Source of the DNA: Escherichia phage HK542
Sequence record: NC_019769.1
Strand: one strand, 5' to 3'
DNA length: 38,964 bases
In this document: piece after piece, positions 26,069 through 35,972 of the stretch
How positions within the stretch are numbered: the first letter of the stretch is position 1
Layout: the number at the start of each line of letters is the position of its first letter
Translations under genes and position numbers: made by a program
Notes under the pieces: generated by a model
The model's input: only the letters and a program-made list of their open reading frames with translations
Database searches by the model: none
Told to the model about the DNA's origin: nothing

Positions 26069-26689
26069 TTAATGCTGGGGAGTGATTTTTTTGTTGTCTG
26101 TTGGCTGGGTATTTTGTGGCGGCGCTTGCAAAGTGGAAGGCTGTTGCAAAGGTGCGTGGTCTGACTTTAAAGCTGATACCAGCCCGGGAATCGCAACTAT
26201 TACAGCGATAATGACACTAAAAATGGCTAATCGTATAGAAATACCCGACTGAACACCACTAATTGCGGTATTAACCCCTGTTATTTGTCCTTGAATTCCT
26301 TCGAATCTCCCATTAATTGCTTTTATATCGCCAGCAGCGCTATCCATCTTTCCATCGATCTTGGACGATAGAGAGTTTATGGCTGCATTAAGTGATGCAA
26401 ATTGGACATTAACGCTTTCACGAGATAGAGCCATGTCAGCCCTAATGGAAGAAGCAATAGACTCCATCTCTGCTTTATTAGCAGCTAAGCGAGCATCAAG
26501 TTCCTCTCTGCTGATCGTTCCCACTTCTTCCTCCGTTTGTGGCGGTTTTATGTAATTATTTTGCACCTTGGTGGGAGAATTATCAAATTCAGCCTCAAAA
26601 TAGGAACCGCCAACAACCTTCAACCTCCGGCTTTCAGATATGTTGGTGTCTTGCTTTCCATGATTATTTAAATTGCTGTCGTCACTCAT
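26069..26689 (-). CDS. Rex-position protein B: coiled-coil-like protein with C-terminal TM anchor
   Basis: 206 aa; ATGA overlap with upstream gene; Ala/Ser/Ile-rich heptad-like region then one TM helix (ISIRLAIFSVIIAVIVAIPGLVSAL) and a Pro/Gln-rich tail. Confidence 0.6.
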   Translation of the reverse strand: MSDDSNLNNHGKQDTNISESRRLKVVGGSYFEAEFDNSPTKVQNNYIKPPQTEEEVGTISREELDARLAANKAEMESIASSIRADMALSRESVNVQFASLNAAINSLSSKIDGKMDSAAGDIKAINGRFEGIQGQITGVNTAISGVQSGISIRLAIFSVIIAVIVAIPGLVSALKSDHAPLQQPSTLQAPPQNTQPTDNKKITPQH

Positions 26690-27120
26690 AATAGCTCTAC
26701 GGTGAAAAATGATTCATTTTTATGAAGTTCATTTTTAGGGTCTTCATTATCCTGCAATATCCCTATAACACTATACAGCCCTTTAGCTGGGACCCTAATT
26801 TCTTTCAATGTTACTATTACCTGTCCGCCAACCCCTGTTTCAAAATGGCTATCTTTCGTATCGATGAAAAGTGAAACTGATTCCGAAGAGCCGTCAGGGA
26901 ATTGAATTTCCTCACCTTTTTTTATAATTAGGTGCGCGGGGATTACCATAATACCCAAATTATATCTTGAATTTGGTTTCAACCCGATCATACCAACCCT
27001 GAAATCAATTGATAGCCGCGCAGGAAATTCATTGCATGTAAAATTAAGCGTCGGTTGGTTGGGTTCTTCGCTGCTATCAAATGGGGTTATAAAAGATATT
27101 CTTTCTAAATTAAGTGCCAT
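26686..27120 (-). CDS. Rex-position protein A: soluble 144-aa protein
   Basis: ATG 27120 with AGGAG RBS 7 nt upstream; the track start at 27174 is a GTG overlapping the cI stop; no TM segment; AT-rich. Confidence 0.6.
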   Translation of the reverse strand: MALNLERISFITPFDSSEEPNQPTLNFTCNEFPARLSIDFRVGMIGLKPNSRYNLGIMVIPAHLIIKKGEEIQFPDGSSESVSLFIDTKDSHFETGVGGQVIVTLKEIRVPAKGLYSVIGILQDNEDPKNELHKNESFFTVELL

Positions 27121-27170
27121 AAATTCTCCTGCATCGCTGTATGCTCTACGAGCATCTCGGCGACTTATCA

Positions 27171-27887
<717 letters not shown>

Positions 27888-27893
27888 TTAAAT

Positions 27894-27966
27894 CTATCAC
27901 CGCAAGGGATAAATATCTAACACCGTGCGTGTTGACTATTTTACCTCTAGCGGTGATAATAGTTGC
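27894..27966. promoter_or_regulatory. OR3-OR2-OR1 operators with divergent PRM and PR
   Basis: tatcaccgcaagggata (OR3), taacaccgtgcgtgttg (OR2), tacctctagcggtgata (OR1); PR TTGACT 27931-27936 and GATAAT 27954-27959. Confidence 0.9.
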
Positions 27967-27975
27967 ATGTACTAA

Positions 27976-28185
<210 letters not shown>

Positions 28186-28192
28186 ATAACCC

Positions 28193-28224
28193 CGCTCTTA
28201 CACATTCCAGCCCTGAAAAAGGGC
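28193..28224 (+). promoter_or_regulatory. nutR (boxA CGCTCTTAC, boxB GCCCTGAAAAAGGGC)
   Basis: Sequence matches lambda nutR as remembered; lies between cro and cII, followed by a tR1-like AT-rich region. Confidence 0.85.
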
Positions 28225-28303
28225 ATCAAATTAAACCACACCTATGGTGTATGCATTTATTTGCATACATTCAATCAATTGTTATCTAAGGAAATACTTA
28301 CAT

Positions 28304-28582
28304 ATGCAACTTACAAGTACTCGCAAGAAAGCGAATGCAATTACAAGCAACATCCTGAATCGAATTGCTGTACGTGGTCAGCGAAAGGTTGCTGATGCGT
28401 TAGGGATTAATGAATCGCAAATTTCGCGATGGAAAGACAGCTTCATCCCAAAAATGGGAATGCTTCTGGCTGTTCTTGAATGGGGTGTTGAAGACGAGGA
28501 GTTGGCGGAACTGGCTAAGAAAGTAGCCAGAATGCTGACAAAAGAAAAAGCCCCGAAGAACGGCGAATTCTTCGAGGCCTGA
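28304..28582 (+). CDS. cII: CII-like transcriptional activator
   Basis: 92 aa from ATG 28304; central and C-terminal region (ESQISRWK...IPKMGMLLAVLEWGVEDEE) resembles lambda CII, N-terminus diverged. Confidence 0.78.
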   Translation: MQLTSTRKKANAITSNILNRIAVRGQRKVADALGINESQISRWKDSFIPKMGMLLAVLEWGVEDEELAELAKKVARMLTKEKAPKNGEFFEA

Positions 28583-28616
28583 TGTAGAAAGACTGGATCA
28601 ATCCACAGGAGTAATT

Positions 28617-28778
28617 ATGACAAAACGTCGTAAGAAATACCAGGAAAAAGAAGAGATTCGACACCCTGATTCACCTGAGGGATTAGTGGTAGCCGCAGCA
28701 AATAACAGGGCGTTCGCAGAGCGCCTTGTTGGTGTTTACAGACTAGCCAAAGCAGGAGTGGAACATGGGCGTCGTTAA
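28617..28778 (+). CDS. Hypothetical small basic protein (53 aa)
   Basis: AGGAG RBS 6 nt upstream; overlaps the start of the O-like gene; not in the ORF track. Confidence 0.3.
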   Translation: MTKRRKKYQEKEEIRHPDSPEGLVVAAANNRAFAERLVGVYRLAKAGVEHGRR

Positions 28779-29655
28779 GTTAGCTGATTACAGGCATAAC
28801 CCTGTACAACATCAGGAGGCATCCAGTATGGGGTATGTCTCTATACACCGCCAGTTTATGGACAGCAGGCTCTATAAGGACTCTCAGGCAGTACATCTTT
28901 GGCTTCACTTAATCCTCAAGGCTAATCACGAATCTACTGTCGTCAATACGGATATCGGTCCGATAACTGTTGATCGCGGTCAGATGATAACTGGACGCCC
29001 GTCGCTGGTCAGAGAAACATTCATCCCCGACAACAAAGTTCGGAGCTTATTACGGACTTTTGAGTCGAAAGGTATGCTTAATATTTGCTCGATGGGGAAG
29101 AAATTTAGCCTGTTTACAATCGTTAAATATGACGATTTTCAGGCAAAAAATTGTCCAACGGTTGTCCAACAGTTGTCCAACGCAAACACCAGTAATGGTG
29201 CGGCTCTCAGCGGAGATTGTCCAACGGTTGTCCAACGGTTGTCCATAAACAATAATATAAATAATATCTCTAATACTGACGTATTAGAGAGTGCTACAGC
29301 AGACAAAAAGTCTGACAAGAAAAAACCTTCCGTCAGCTGTCAGGATGTTGTCGATGCTTACCACGAAATCCTTCCTGAAGCGCCAAGAATCCGCGCACTG
29401 AATGACAAGCGTAAAAACCAGATCCGAACGTTCTGGCGCAAAGCCGGAGTGATAACACGCCAGCTTGACGGGCATGGGTTCACGATGCAGGACTGGAGAA
29501 ATTATTTGAGCTACGTTGGCAAAAATTGTCGATGGATGTTCGAAGAGCGTCCAAACCATCAACGCGGAACTGTCTGGCACAAAAAGGGATTTGATTTCCT
29601 GCTTAACGATAATACCTACCTGAAAGTTCGTGAGGGTGAACACGATGACCGATAA
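28765..29655 (+). CDS. Replication initiator, O-like, with internal origin iterons
   Basis: 296 aa; the coding sequence embeds tandem 11-bp iterons; alternative start at ATG 28828 with AGGAGG RBS. Confidence 0.75.
   Translation: MGVVKLADYRHNPVQHQEASSMGYVSIHRQFMDSRLYKDSQAVHLWLHLILKANHESTVVNTDIGPITVDRGQMITGRPSLVRETFIPDNKVRSLLRTFESKGMLNICSMGKKFSLFTIVKYDDFQAKNCPTVVQQLSNANTSNGAALSGDCPTVVQRLSINNNINNISNTDVLESATADKKSDKKKPSVSCQDVVDAYHEILPEAPRIRALNDKRKNQIRTFWRKAGVITRQLDGHGFTMQDWRNYLSYVGKNCRWMFEERPNHQRGTVWHKKGFDFLLNDNTYLKVREGEHDDR
29151..29280 (+). repeat. Origin iterons (six 11-bp TTGTCCAACGG-like repeats) plus AT-rich segment
   Basis: Repeats at 29151, 29162, 29173, 29217, 29228 and 29239, followed by aataatataaataatatctctaatactgac. 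Confidence 0.75.
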
Positions 29656-31081
29656 TTTTTATGCGCCGCCCCATAGCATCGAGGCAGAGCAGGCGGTGAT
29701 TGGTGGATTGCTTCTGGATGATGACAGCAGTGAGCGCGTCCAGAAAGTTCTGGCGATGCTGAAGCCTGACTCATTTTACAGCCGGCCACACAAAATCCTT
29801 TTCGAAGAAATAACCAGAATGCACCGGGAGCAAAAGCCAGTAGATGGCCTGACGCTTTTCGATGAACTGGAGCGTAAATCGTTAACGGCGTCTGTTGGCG
29901 GTTTTGCTTATATCGCTGAGATCGCAAAGAACACGCCAAGCGCAGCAAACATCGTTGCCTATGCAATGCAGGTTCGTGAAACCGCAATGGAACGCTACGC
30001 CATCAACCGCATGACTGAAGCGACGGAATTGCTCTATTCCCGCAACGGAATGACTGCAACGCAGAAGTACGAAGCTATTCAGTCGATTTTCACGCAACTG
30101 ACAGACCATGCAAAAACCGGATCGCGTCGCGGCCTTCGTTCATTTGGTGAGGTCATGGAAGACTGGGTTAGCGACCTTGAGAAGCGATTTGACCCATCAG
30201 GCGAACAACGGGGAATGAGCACAGGGATCCCATCGCTGGACAGGATGCTGTCACCGAAAGGTCTGGTGAAAGGCTCTCTGTTTGTCATTGGCGCTCGCCC
30301 TAAGATGGGGAAAACGACGCTATACAGCCAGATGGCAATCAATTGCGCAGTGCATGAGAAAAAGCCCGCTTTGATGTTCAGCCTTGAAATGCCAGGTGAT
30401 CAGATACTGGAAAAACTGGTAGGGCAGAAGTCTGGTGTTAACCCGAATATTTTTTACCTTCCGGCGACAAATGACGCTGATGACGGCTATCAGGGTGATT
30501 ACGATGGTGACTTCAACAGGGCGATCGAAACAGCTAATCGCTTGAGTGAAATCGACATGCTTTACATCGACGACACGCCGGGATTATCTCTGGCTCAAAT
30601 CGTCAGCGAAAGCCGTCGAATCAAGCGAGAAAAAGGATGTGTTGGCATGATTCTGGTCGATTACCTGACACTAATGACCGCTGAGAAGGCCGATCGCAAC
30701 GACCTTGCTTACGGCATGATCACCAAAGGACTGAAGAACCTTGCCAAAGAGCTTGATTGCGTTGTTGTGCTTCTGACACAGCTTAACCGCGCACTGGAAA
30801 GCCGAACCAATAAACGCCCATTACCAAGTGACTCACGAGATACAGGGCAGATTGAACAGGATTGCGATTATTGGGTTGGGATCCATCGTGAAGGCGCTTT
30901 TGATGACAGTGTTCCACCTGGTGAAACCGAACTAATCCTTCGTCTCAATCGTCATGGCAATACCGGCACGGTGTATTGCATTCAGGCAAATGGCGCTATT
31001 TATGACACAGACCAACAGTCTGCTGAAATGCGCCGACGTGAACGCGAGGAACCGCAGTCCAAGAAGAAAGGAGGGTTCTGA
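29645..31081 (+). CDS. Replicative DNA helicase, DnaB family
   Basis: ATG 29645 overlaps the O stop; N-terminal DnaB-type domain (SIEAEQAVIGGLLLD) and C-terminal RecA-like ATPase with Walker A GARPKMGKT. Confidence 0.9.
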   Translation: MTDNFYAPPHSIEAEQAVIGGLLLDDDSSERVQKVLAMLKPDSFYSRPHKILFEEITRMHREQKPVDGLTLFDELERKSLTASVGGFAYIAEIAKNTPSAANIVAYAMQVRETAMERYAINRMTEATELLYSRNGMTATQKYEAIQSIFTQLTDHAKTGSRRGLRSFGEVMEDWVSDLEKRFDPSGEQRGMSTGIPSLDRMLSPKGLVKGSLFVIGARPKMGKTTLYSQMAINCAVHEKKPALMFSLEMPGDQILEKLVGQKSGVNPNIFYLPATNDADDGYQGDYDGDFNRAIETANRLSEIDMLYIDDTPGLSLAQIVSESRRIKREKGCVGMILVDYLTLMTAEKADRNDLAYGMITKGLKNLAKELDCVVVLLTQLNRALESRTNKRPLPSDSRDTGQIEQDCDYWVGIHREGAFDDSVPPGETELILRLNRHGNTGTVYCIQANGAIYDTDQQSAEMRRREREEPQSKKKGGF

Positions 31082-31157
31082 TGACCATCTACATCACTGA
31101 GCTAATAACAGGCCTGCTGGTAATCGCAGGCCTTTTTATTTGGGGGAGAGGGAAGTC

Positions 31158-31598
31158 ATGAAAAAACTAATCTTTGAAATTCGATCTCCAGTACATCAGC
31201 AAAACGCTATTCACGCAGTACAGCAAATCCTTCCAGACCCAACCAAACCAATCGTAGTAACCATTCAGGAACGCAACCGCAGCTTAGACCAGAATCGGAA
31301 GCTTTGGGCTTGCCTTGGTGACGTTTCGCGTCAGGTTGAATGGCATGGGCGCTGGCTGGATGCAGAAAGCTGGAAGTGTGTGTTTACCGCAGCATTAAAG
31401 CAGCAGGACGTTGTTCCTAACCTTGCCGGGAATGGCTTTGTGGTAATAGGCCAGTCAACCAGCAGGATGCGTGTAAGCGAATTTGCGGAGCTATTAGAGC
31501 TTATACAGGCATTCGGTACAGAGCATGGCGTTAAGTGGTCAGACGAAGCGCGACTGGCTCTCGAATGGAAAGCGCGATGGGGAGACAGGGCGGCATGA
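31158..31598 (+). CDS. ninB: NinB recombination protein
   Basis: 146 aa from ATG 31158; from memory, near-identical to lambda NinB. Confidence 0.88.
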   Translation: MKKLIFEIRSPVHQQNAIHAVQQILPDPTKPIVVTIQERNRSLDQNRKLWACLGDVSRQVEWHGRWLDAESWKCVFTAALKQQDVVPNLAGNGFVVIGQSTSRMRVSEFAELLELIQAFGTEHGVKWSDEARLALEWKARWGDRAA

Positions 31599-31777
31599 GA
31601 CGACAGCGACGAAGTTTCACCGACATAATCTGCGAAAACTGCAATTACCTTCCAACGAAACGCTCCAGAAATAAACGCAAGCCAATCCCAAAATAATCTG
31701 ACGTAAAAACCTTCAACTACACGGCTCACCTGTGGGATATCCGGTGGCTTAGAGAACGTGCGAGGAAAACAAGGTGA
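31595..31777 (+). pseudogene. nin small ORF interrupted by an in-frame TAA
   Basis: ATG 31595 in ATGA overlap with ninB stop; codon 34 is TAA (31694-31696) but the same frame stays open and coding-like (SDVKTFNYTAHLWDIRWL) to a TGA at 31775-31777 that overlaps the next start. Confidence 0.5.
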
Positions 31778-31944
31778 TTGACCCAAATCGAAGTTACGAA
31801 CAAGAAAGCGTCGAGCGGGCTTTAACGTGCGCTAACTGCGGTCAGAAGCTGCATATGCTGGAAGTTCACGTGTGCTCCGATTGCTGCGCAGAACTGATGA
31901 GCGATCCGAATAGCTCAATGTACGAGGAAGAAGACGATGAATGA
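31774..31944 (+). CDS. Nin-region small zinc-ribbon-like protein
   Basis: 56 aa, GTG start with GAGGAA RBS; CxxC...CxxCC Cys pattern; acidic C-terminus. Confidence 0.5.
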   Translation: MIDPNRSYEQESVERALTCANCGQKLHMLEVHVCSDCCAELMSDPNSSMYEEEDDE

Positions 31945-32662
31945 GTTAATAAATGGCAATGCCATCAAAATGACAAGCATTGAAATCGCTGAGTTGGTAG
32001 AAAGCCGCCATAGCAATGTAAAAGTATCCATAGATAGATTGGTGAAACGTGGCGTTATCAAGCCTCCTGCATTGCAGCACACTAACATAATCAATGATTT
32101 AGGTGTTATTACCGGGAAGCGTGATTTCTACGTCTTCGAGGGCGAACAAGGAAAGCGAGACAGCATTATTGTCGTCGCCCAGTTGTCGCCAGAGTTCACC
32201 GCTCGCCTTGTTGACCGCTGGCGAGAGCTTGAAGAAGCTGCGGTTAATATCCCCAAAACGCTACCGGAAGCGTTGCGCCTTGCTGCTGATCTTGCTGAGC
32301 AGAAAATGCAGCTGGAAAACCAGCTCGCAATTGCCGCACCTAAAGTTGAGTTTGCCGATCGCGTTGGCGAGGCCAGCGGAATTTTGATTGGAAACTTTGC
32401 AAAGGTTGTTGGTATTGGTCCAAACAAACTGTTTGCGTGGATGCGCGATCACAAAATCCTTATTGCTTCAGGTTCCCGGCGCAATGTGCCAATGCAGGAA
32501 TATATGGATCGCGGCTATTTCACAGTGAAAGAAACAGCGGTCAACACAAATCACGGAATACAGATATCGTTCACTACAAAAATCACCGGACGTGGCCAAC
32601 AGTGGCTGACCAGAAAGCTGCTCGATAACGGAATGCTGAAAGTAACAGGGGAGGCTGCTTAA
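31937..32662 (+). CDS. Rha-family regulatory / antirepressor-like protein
   Basis: 241 aa; N-terminal pRha-like motif (MTSIEIAELVESRHSNV) and a C-terminal KilA-C/Ant-like region. Confidence 0.6.
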   Translation: MNELINGNAIKMTSIEIAELVESRHSNVKVSIDRLVKRGVIKPPALQHTNIINDLGVITGKRDFYVFEGEQGKRDSIIVVAQLSPEFTARLVDRWRELEEAAVNIPKTLPEALRLAADLAEQKMQLENQLAIAAPKVEFADRVGEASGILIGNFAKVVGIGPNKLFAWMRDHKILIASGSRRNVPMQEYMDRGYFTVKETAVNTNHGIQISFTTKITGRGQQWLTRKLLDNGMLKVTGEAA

Positions 32663-32952
32663 TGGCTAACCTACGCAAAGAAGCGCGCGGCAGAGAATGC
32701 CAGGTACGTATTTACGGCATATGCAATGGCAACCCTGAAACTACAGTTCTGGCACATTACCGGATGGCTGGAATTTGCGGAACGGGAATGAAACCTGACG
32801 ACCTGATTGGCGCATGGGCTTGTAGCGCGTGTCACGATGAAATCGACCGACGCACCCATAACCTCGACAACAAAGACGCCAGACTTTACCACCTCGAAGG
32901 CGTGATCAGGACGCAGGCGATACTGCTGAAGGAGGGAAAGATTAAGCCATGA
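32662..32952 (+). CDS. Cys-rich nin-region protein (DUF1364-like)
   Basis: 96 aa with conserved Cys/His pattern (C..C......C..C.CH); lies upstream of rusA. Confidence 0.5.
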   Translation: MANLRKEARGRECQVRIYGICNGNPETTVLAHYRMAGICGTGMKPDDLIGAWACSACHDEIDRRTHNLDNKDARLYHLEGVIRTQAILLKEGKIKP

Positions 32953-33311
32953 ACGAATATCAGTTTGTGCTTCCATACCCGCCGTCGGTGAATACCTACT
33001 GGCGAAGACGGGGAAGCCAATACTACATCAGCGATAAAGGCCAGAAATACCGAAAAGACGTTCAGCAAATCATCCGCCAACTCAAGTTAGATATTTTCAC
33101 CAAATCACGGCTCCGTATCAAAGTCATCGCAGACGTTCCAGACTCCCGCCGCCGCGACCTCGACAACATCCTGAAAGGTTTACTCGACTCCCTTATCCAC
33201 GCCGGATTTGCGGAAGACGACGAGCAATTCGATGACATTCGCGTAATTCGTGGCGTGAAAGTACCAGGCGGAAGGCTTGGAATAAAAATCACCGAGCTGG
33301 AGAACGTATGA
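32949..33311 (+). CDS. rusA: RusA Holliday junction resolvase
   Basis: 120 aa; catalytic acidic cluster RRRDLDN and overall similarity to E. coli RusA. Confidence 0.88.
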   Translation: MNEYQFVLPYPPSVNTYWRRRGSQYYISDKGQKYRKDVQQIIRQLKLDIFTKSRLRIKVIADVPDSRRRDLDNILKGLLDSLIHAGFAEDDEQFDDIRVIRGVKVPGGRLGIKITELENV

Positions 33312-33496
33312 ACGCCACAATTCAAACGATACCAGAGCTTCTTATCCAGACACGAGGCAATCAGACCGAAGTGGCGAGGATGCTTTCCTGCGCAAGAGGA
33401 ACAGTGCTCAAGTACAACCGAGACAGCAAAGGTGAGCGTCACGTAATAGTTAACGGCGTCCTGATGGTCAAACAGGGCAAGAGGGGAAGACCATGA
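33308..33496 (+). CDS. ninH: NinH-like HTH protein
   Basis: 62 aa; motif GNQTEVARMLSCARGTVLKY resembles lambda NinH. Confidence 0.7.
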   Translation: MNATIQTIPELLIQTRGNQTEVARMLSCARGTVLKYNRDSKGERHVIVNGVLMVKQGKRGRP

Positions 33497-34116
33497 GACT
33501 CGAAAGCGTAGCTAAATTTCACTCGCCAAAAAGCCCGATGATGAGCGACTCACCACGGGCCACGGCTTCTGACTCTCTTTCCGGTACTGATGTGATGGCT
33601 GCTATGGGGATGGCGCAATCACAAGCCGGATTCGGAATGGCTGCATTCTGCGGTAAGCATGAACTCAGCCAGAACGACAAACAAAAGGCTATCAACTATC
33701 TGATGCAATTTGCACACAAGGTATCGGGGAAATACCGTGGTGTGGCAAAGCTTGAAGGAAATACTAAGGCAAAGGTACTGCAAGTTCTCGCAACATTCGC
33801 TTATGCGGATTATTGCCGTAGTGCCGCGACGCCGGGTGCAAGATGCAGAGATTGCCACGGTACAGGTCGGGCGGTTGATATTGCCAAAACAGAGCTGTGG
33901 GGGAGAGTTGTTGAGAAAGAATGCGGAAGATGCAAAGGTGTCGGCTATTCAAGAATGCCAGCAAGCGCCGCATATCGCGCTGTAACGATGCTAATCCCAA
34001 ACCTCACCCAACCCACCTGGTCACGCACTGTTAAGCCGCTGTATGACGCTCTGGTGGTGCAATGCCACAAGGAAGAGTCAATTGCAGACAACATTTTGAA
34101 CGCGGTCACACGTTAG
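33493..34116 (+). CDS. Q: Late antiterminator Q
   Basis: 207 aa; from memory, near-identical to lambda Q, including the zinc-finger Cys cluster. Confidence 0.95.
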   Translation: MRLESVAKFHSPKSPMMSDSPRATASDSLSGTDVMAAMGMAQSQAGFGMAAFCGKHELSQNDKQKAINYLMQFAHKVSGKYRGVAKLEGNTKAKVLQVLATFAYADYCRSAATPGARCRDCHGTGRAVDIAKTELWGRVVEKECGRCKGVGYSRMPASAAYRAVTMLIPNLTQPTWSRTVKPLYDALVVQCHKEESIADNILNAVTR

Positions 34117-34158
34117 CAGCATGATTGCCACGGATGGCAACATATTAACGGCATGATA

Positions 34159-34195
34159 TTGACTTTTTGAATAAAGTTGGGTAAATTTGACATCA
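34159..34195 (+). promoter_or_regulatory. Late promoter PR' with qut region
   Basis: TTGACT (34159-34164), 17-bp spacer, TAAATT (34182-34187); matches lambda PR' as remembered. Confidence 0.75.
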
Positions 34196-34224
34196 ACGAT
34201 GGATAAATGCACTCGTTAAATAAA

Positions 34225-34253
34225 GCCCTGAGTTAATAGCTCGGGGCTTTTTG
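34225..34253 (+). terminator. tR'-like intrinsic terminator about 60 nt after PR' start
   Basis: gccctgag-ttaatag-ctcggggc hairpin followed by ttttt. Confidence 0.6.
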
Positions 34254-34549
34254 CGTTTTAAGCACGGCCTTTCTGAAAGCACATCAAACCAAATACCAGA
34301 CAGACAATACCCTCACCTTATCCGCTGTGGCTACGGTGCGGTGTGCTTTGTATAAAAGAAAACCAGCTCAATGTCTGGCTTCGTGAAAGCGGGTGGCAGG
34401 AGGTTGCGCTAACAACCTCATGCCGTTTTGCCCGTGCATATCGGTCACGAACAAATCTGATTACTAAACACAGTAACCTGGATTTGTTCTATCAGTAATC
34501 GACCTTATTCCTAATTAAATAGAGCAAATCCCCTTATTGGGGGTAAGAC

Positions 34550-34873
34550 ATGAAGATGCCAGAAAAACATGACCTGTTAGCCGCCATTCTCGCGGCAAAG
34601 GAACAAGGCATCGGGGCAATCCTTGCGTTTGCAATGGCGTACCTTCGCGGCAGATATAATGGCGGGGCGTTTACAAAAACAGTAATCGACGCAACGATGT
34701 GCGCCATTATCGCCTGGTTCATTCGTGACCTTCTCGGCTTCGCCGGACTAAGTAGCAATCTCGCTTATATAACGAGCGTGTTTATCGGCTACATCGGTAC
34801 TGACTCGATTGGTTCGCTTATCAAACGCTTCGCTGCTAAAAAAGCCGGAGTAGAAGATGGTGGGAATCAATAA
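34550..34873 (+). CDS. S: Holin S (dual-start MKM motif)
   Basis: 107 aa beginning [10 protein letters not shown] with three TM segments; from memory, near-identical to lambda S. Confidence 0.95.
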   Translation: MKMPEKHDLLAAILAAKEQGIGAILAFAMAYLRGRYNGGAFTKTVIDATMCAIIAWFIRDLLGFAGLSSNLAYITSVFIGYIGTDSIGSLIKRFAAKKAGVEDGGNQ

Positions 34874-35333
34874 TCAACGTAAGGCGTTCCTCGATATGCT
34901 GGCATGGTCAGAGGGAACTGATAACGGACGTCAGAAAACCAGAAATCATGGTTATGACGTCATTGTAGGCGGAGAGCTATTCACTGATTACTCCGATCAC
35001 CCTCGCAAACTTGTCACGCTAAACCCCAAACTCAAATCAACAGCAGCCGGACGTTACCAGCTTCTTTCCCGTTGGTGGGATGCCTACCGCAAGCAGCTTG
35101 GCCTGAAAGACTTCTCTCCGAAAAGCCAGGACGCTGTGGCATTGCAGCAGATTAAAGAGCGTGGCGCTTTGCCGATGATTGATCGTGGTGATATTCGTCA
35201 GGCAATTGACCGTTGCAGCAATATCTGGGCTTCACTGCCGGGCGCTGGTTATGGTCAGTTCGAGCATAAGGCTGACAGCCTGATTGCAAAATTCAAAGAG
35301 GCTGGCGGAACGGTCAGAGAGATTGAGGTATGA
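34857..35333 (+). CDS. R: Endolysin R (lytic transglycosylase)
   Basis: 158 aa; from memory, near-identical to lambda R. Confidence 0.95.
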   Translation: MVGINNQRKAFLDMLAWSEGTDNGRQKTRNHGYDVIVGGELFTDYSDHPRKLVTLNPKLKSTAAGRYQLLSRWWDAYRKQLGLKDFSPKSQDAVALQQIKERGALPMIDRGDIRQAIDRCSNIWASLPGAGYGQFEHKADSLIAKFKEAGGTVREIEV

Positions 35334-35767
35334 GCAGAGTCACCGCGATTATCTCCGCTCTGGTTATCTGCATCATCGTTTGCCTGTCATGGGCTGTTAA
35401 TCATTACCGTGATAACGCCATCTCCTACAAAGAGCAGCGCGATAAAGCCACATCCATCATCGCTGATATGCAGAAGCGTCAACGTGATGTAGCAGAGCTC
35501 GACGCCAGATACACAAAGGAGCTTGCTGATGCTAACGCGACTATCGAAAGCCTCCGTGCTGATGTTTCTGCTGGTCGTAAGCGCCTGCAAGTCGCCGCCA
35601 CCTGTGCAAAGTCAACGACCGGAGCCAGCGGCATGGGCGATGGAGAAAGCCCAGGACTTACAGCAGATGCTGAACTCAATTATTACCGTCTCCGAATTGG
35701 AATCGACAGGATAACCGCGCAGGTTAACTACCTGCAGGAGTACATCAGGACGCAATGCCTGAAGTAA
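35330..35767 (+). CDS. Rz: Inner-membrane spanin Rz
   Basis: 145 aa with N-terminal TM helix and coiled-coil periplasmic domain; overlaps R stop. Confidence 0.9.
   Translation: MSRVTAIISALVICIIVCLSWAVNHYRDNAISYKEQRDKATSIIADMQKRQRDVAELDARYTKELADANATIESLRADVSAGRKRLQVAATCAKSTTGASGMGDGESPGLTADAELNYYRLRIGIDRITAQVNYLQEYIRTQCLK
35523..35714 (+). CDS. Rz1: Outer-membrane lipoprotein spanin Rz1 (embedded in Rz, +1 frame)
   Basis: 63 aa with lipobox VVSAC and Pro-rich mature region, wholly inside Rz. Confidence 0.8.
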   Translation: MLMLTRLSKASVLMFLLVVSACKSPPPVQSQRPEPAAWAMEKAQDLQQMLNSIITVSELESTG

Positions 35768-35798
35768 TTTTTTTGCAAATCACAAAGTCCATTTAATG

Positions 35799-35823
35799 AG
35801 CCTCGCGATGCGGGGCTTTTTTA
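35799..35823 (+). terminator. Intrinsic terminator after lysis cassette
   Basis: agcctcgc-gat-gcggggct hairpin followed by tttttt. Confidence 0.55.
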
Positions 35824-35972
35824 CATCTGCAGTAAACGCGCATTCTCGTGCGCATATCAACCAAGAGCTTTTCGGGATATGAGACAGAGACAGGACGGTG
35901 GCTTACATCGTGCCGCTCTTGGGCTGTCCATGTCTGCGAGAACTGGCTCATATCACCAAAAAGGTAAATACG

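Noticed and set aside
29151-29249. Tandem 11-bp repeats as a possible CRISPR array
   Set aside because: Repeats are only 11 bp, directly abutting with one 33-bp gap rather than regular unique spacers, and lie inside the O-like gene followed by an AT-rich segment, which is the signature of origin iterons.
31081-31161. 26-aa hydrophobic ORF between the helicase gene and ninB as a possible type I toxin
   Set aside because: More simply explained as the residual 3' end of a ren-like gene at a recombination junction; no independent promoter or RBS seen.
34393-34425. Hairpin ggcaggaggtt...aacctcatgcc upstream of S as a second late terminator
   Set aside because: The stem is imperfect and I recall the equivalent structure in the lambda S leader; treated as a conserved leader structure rather than a new element.
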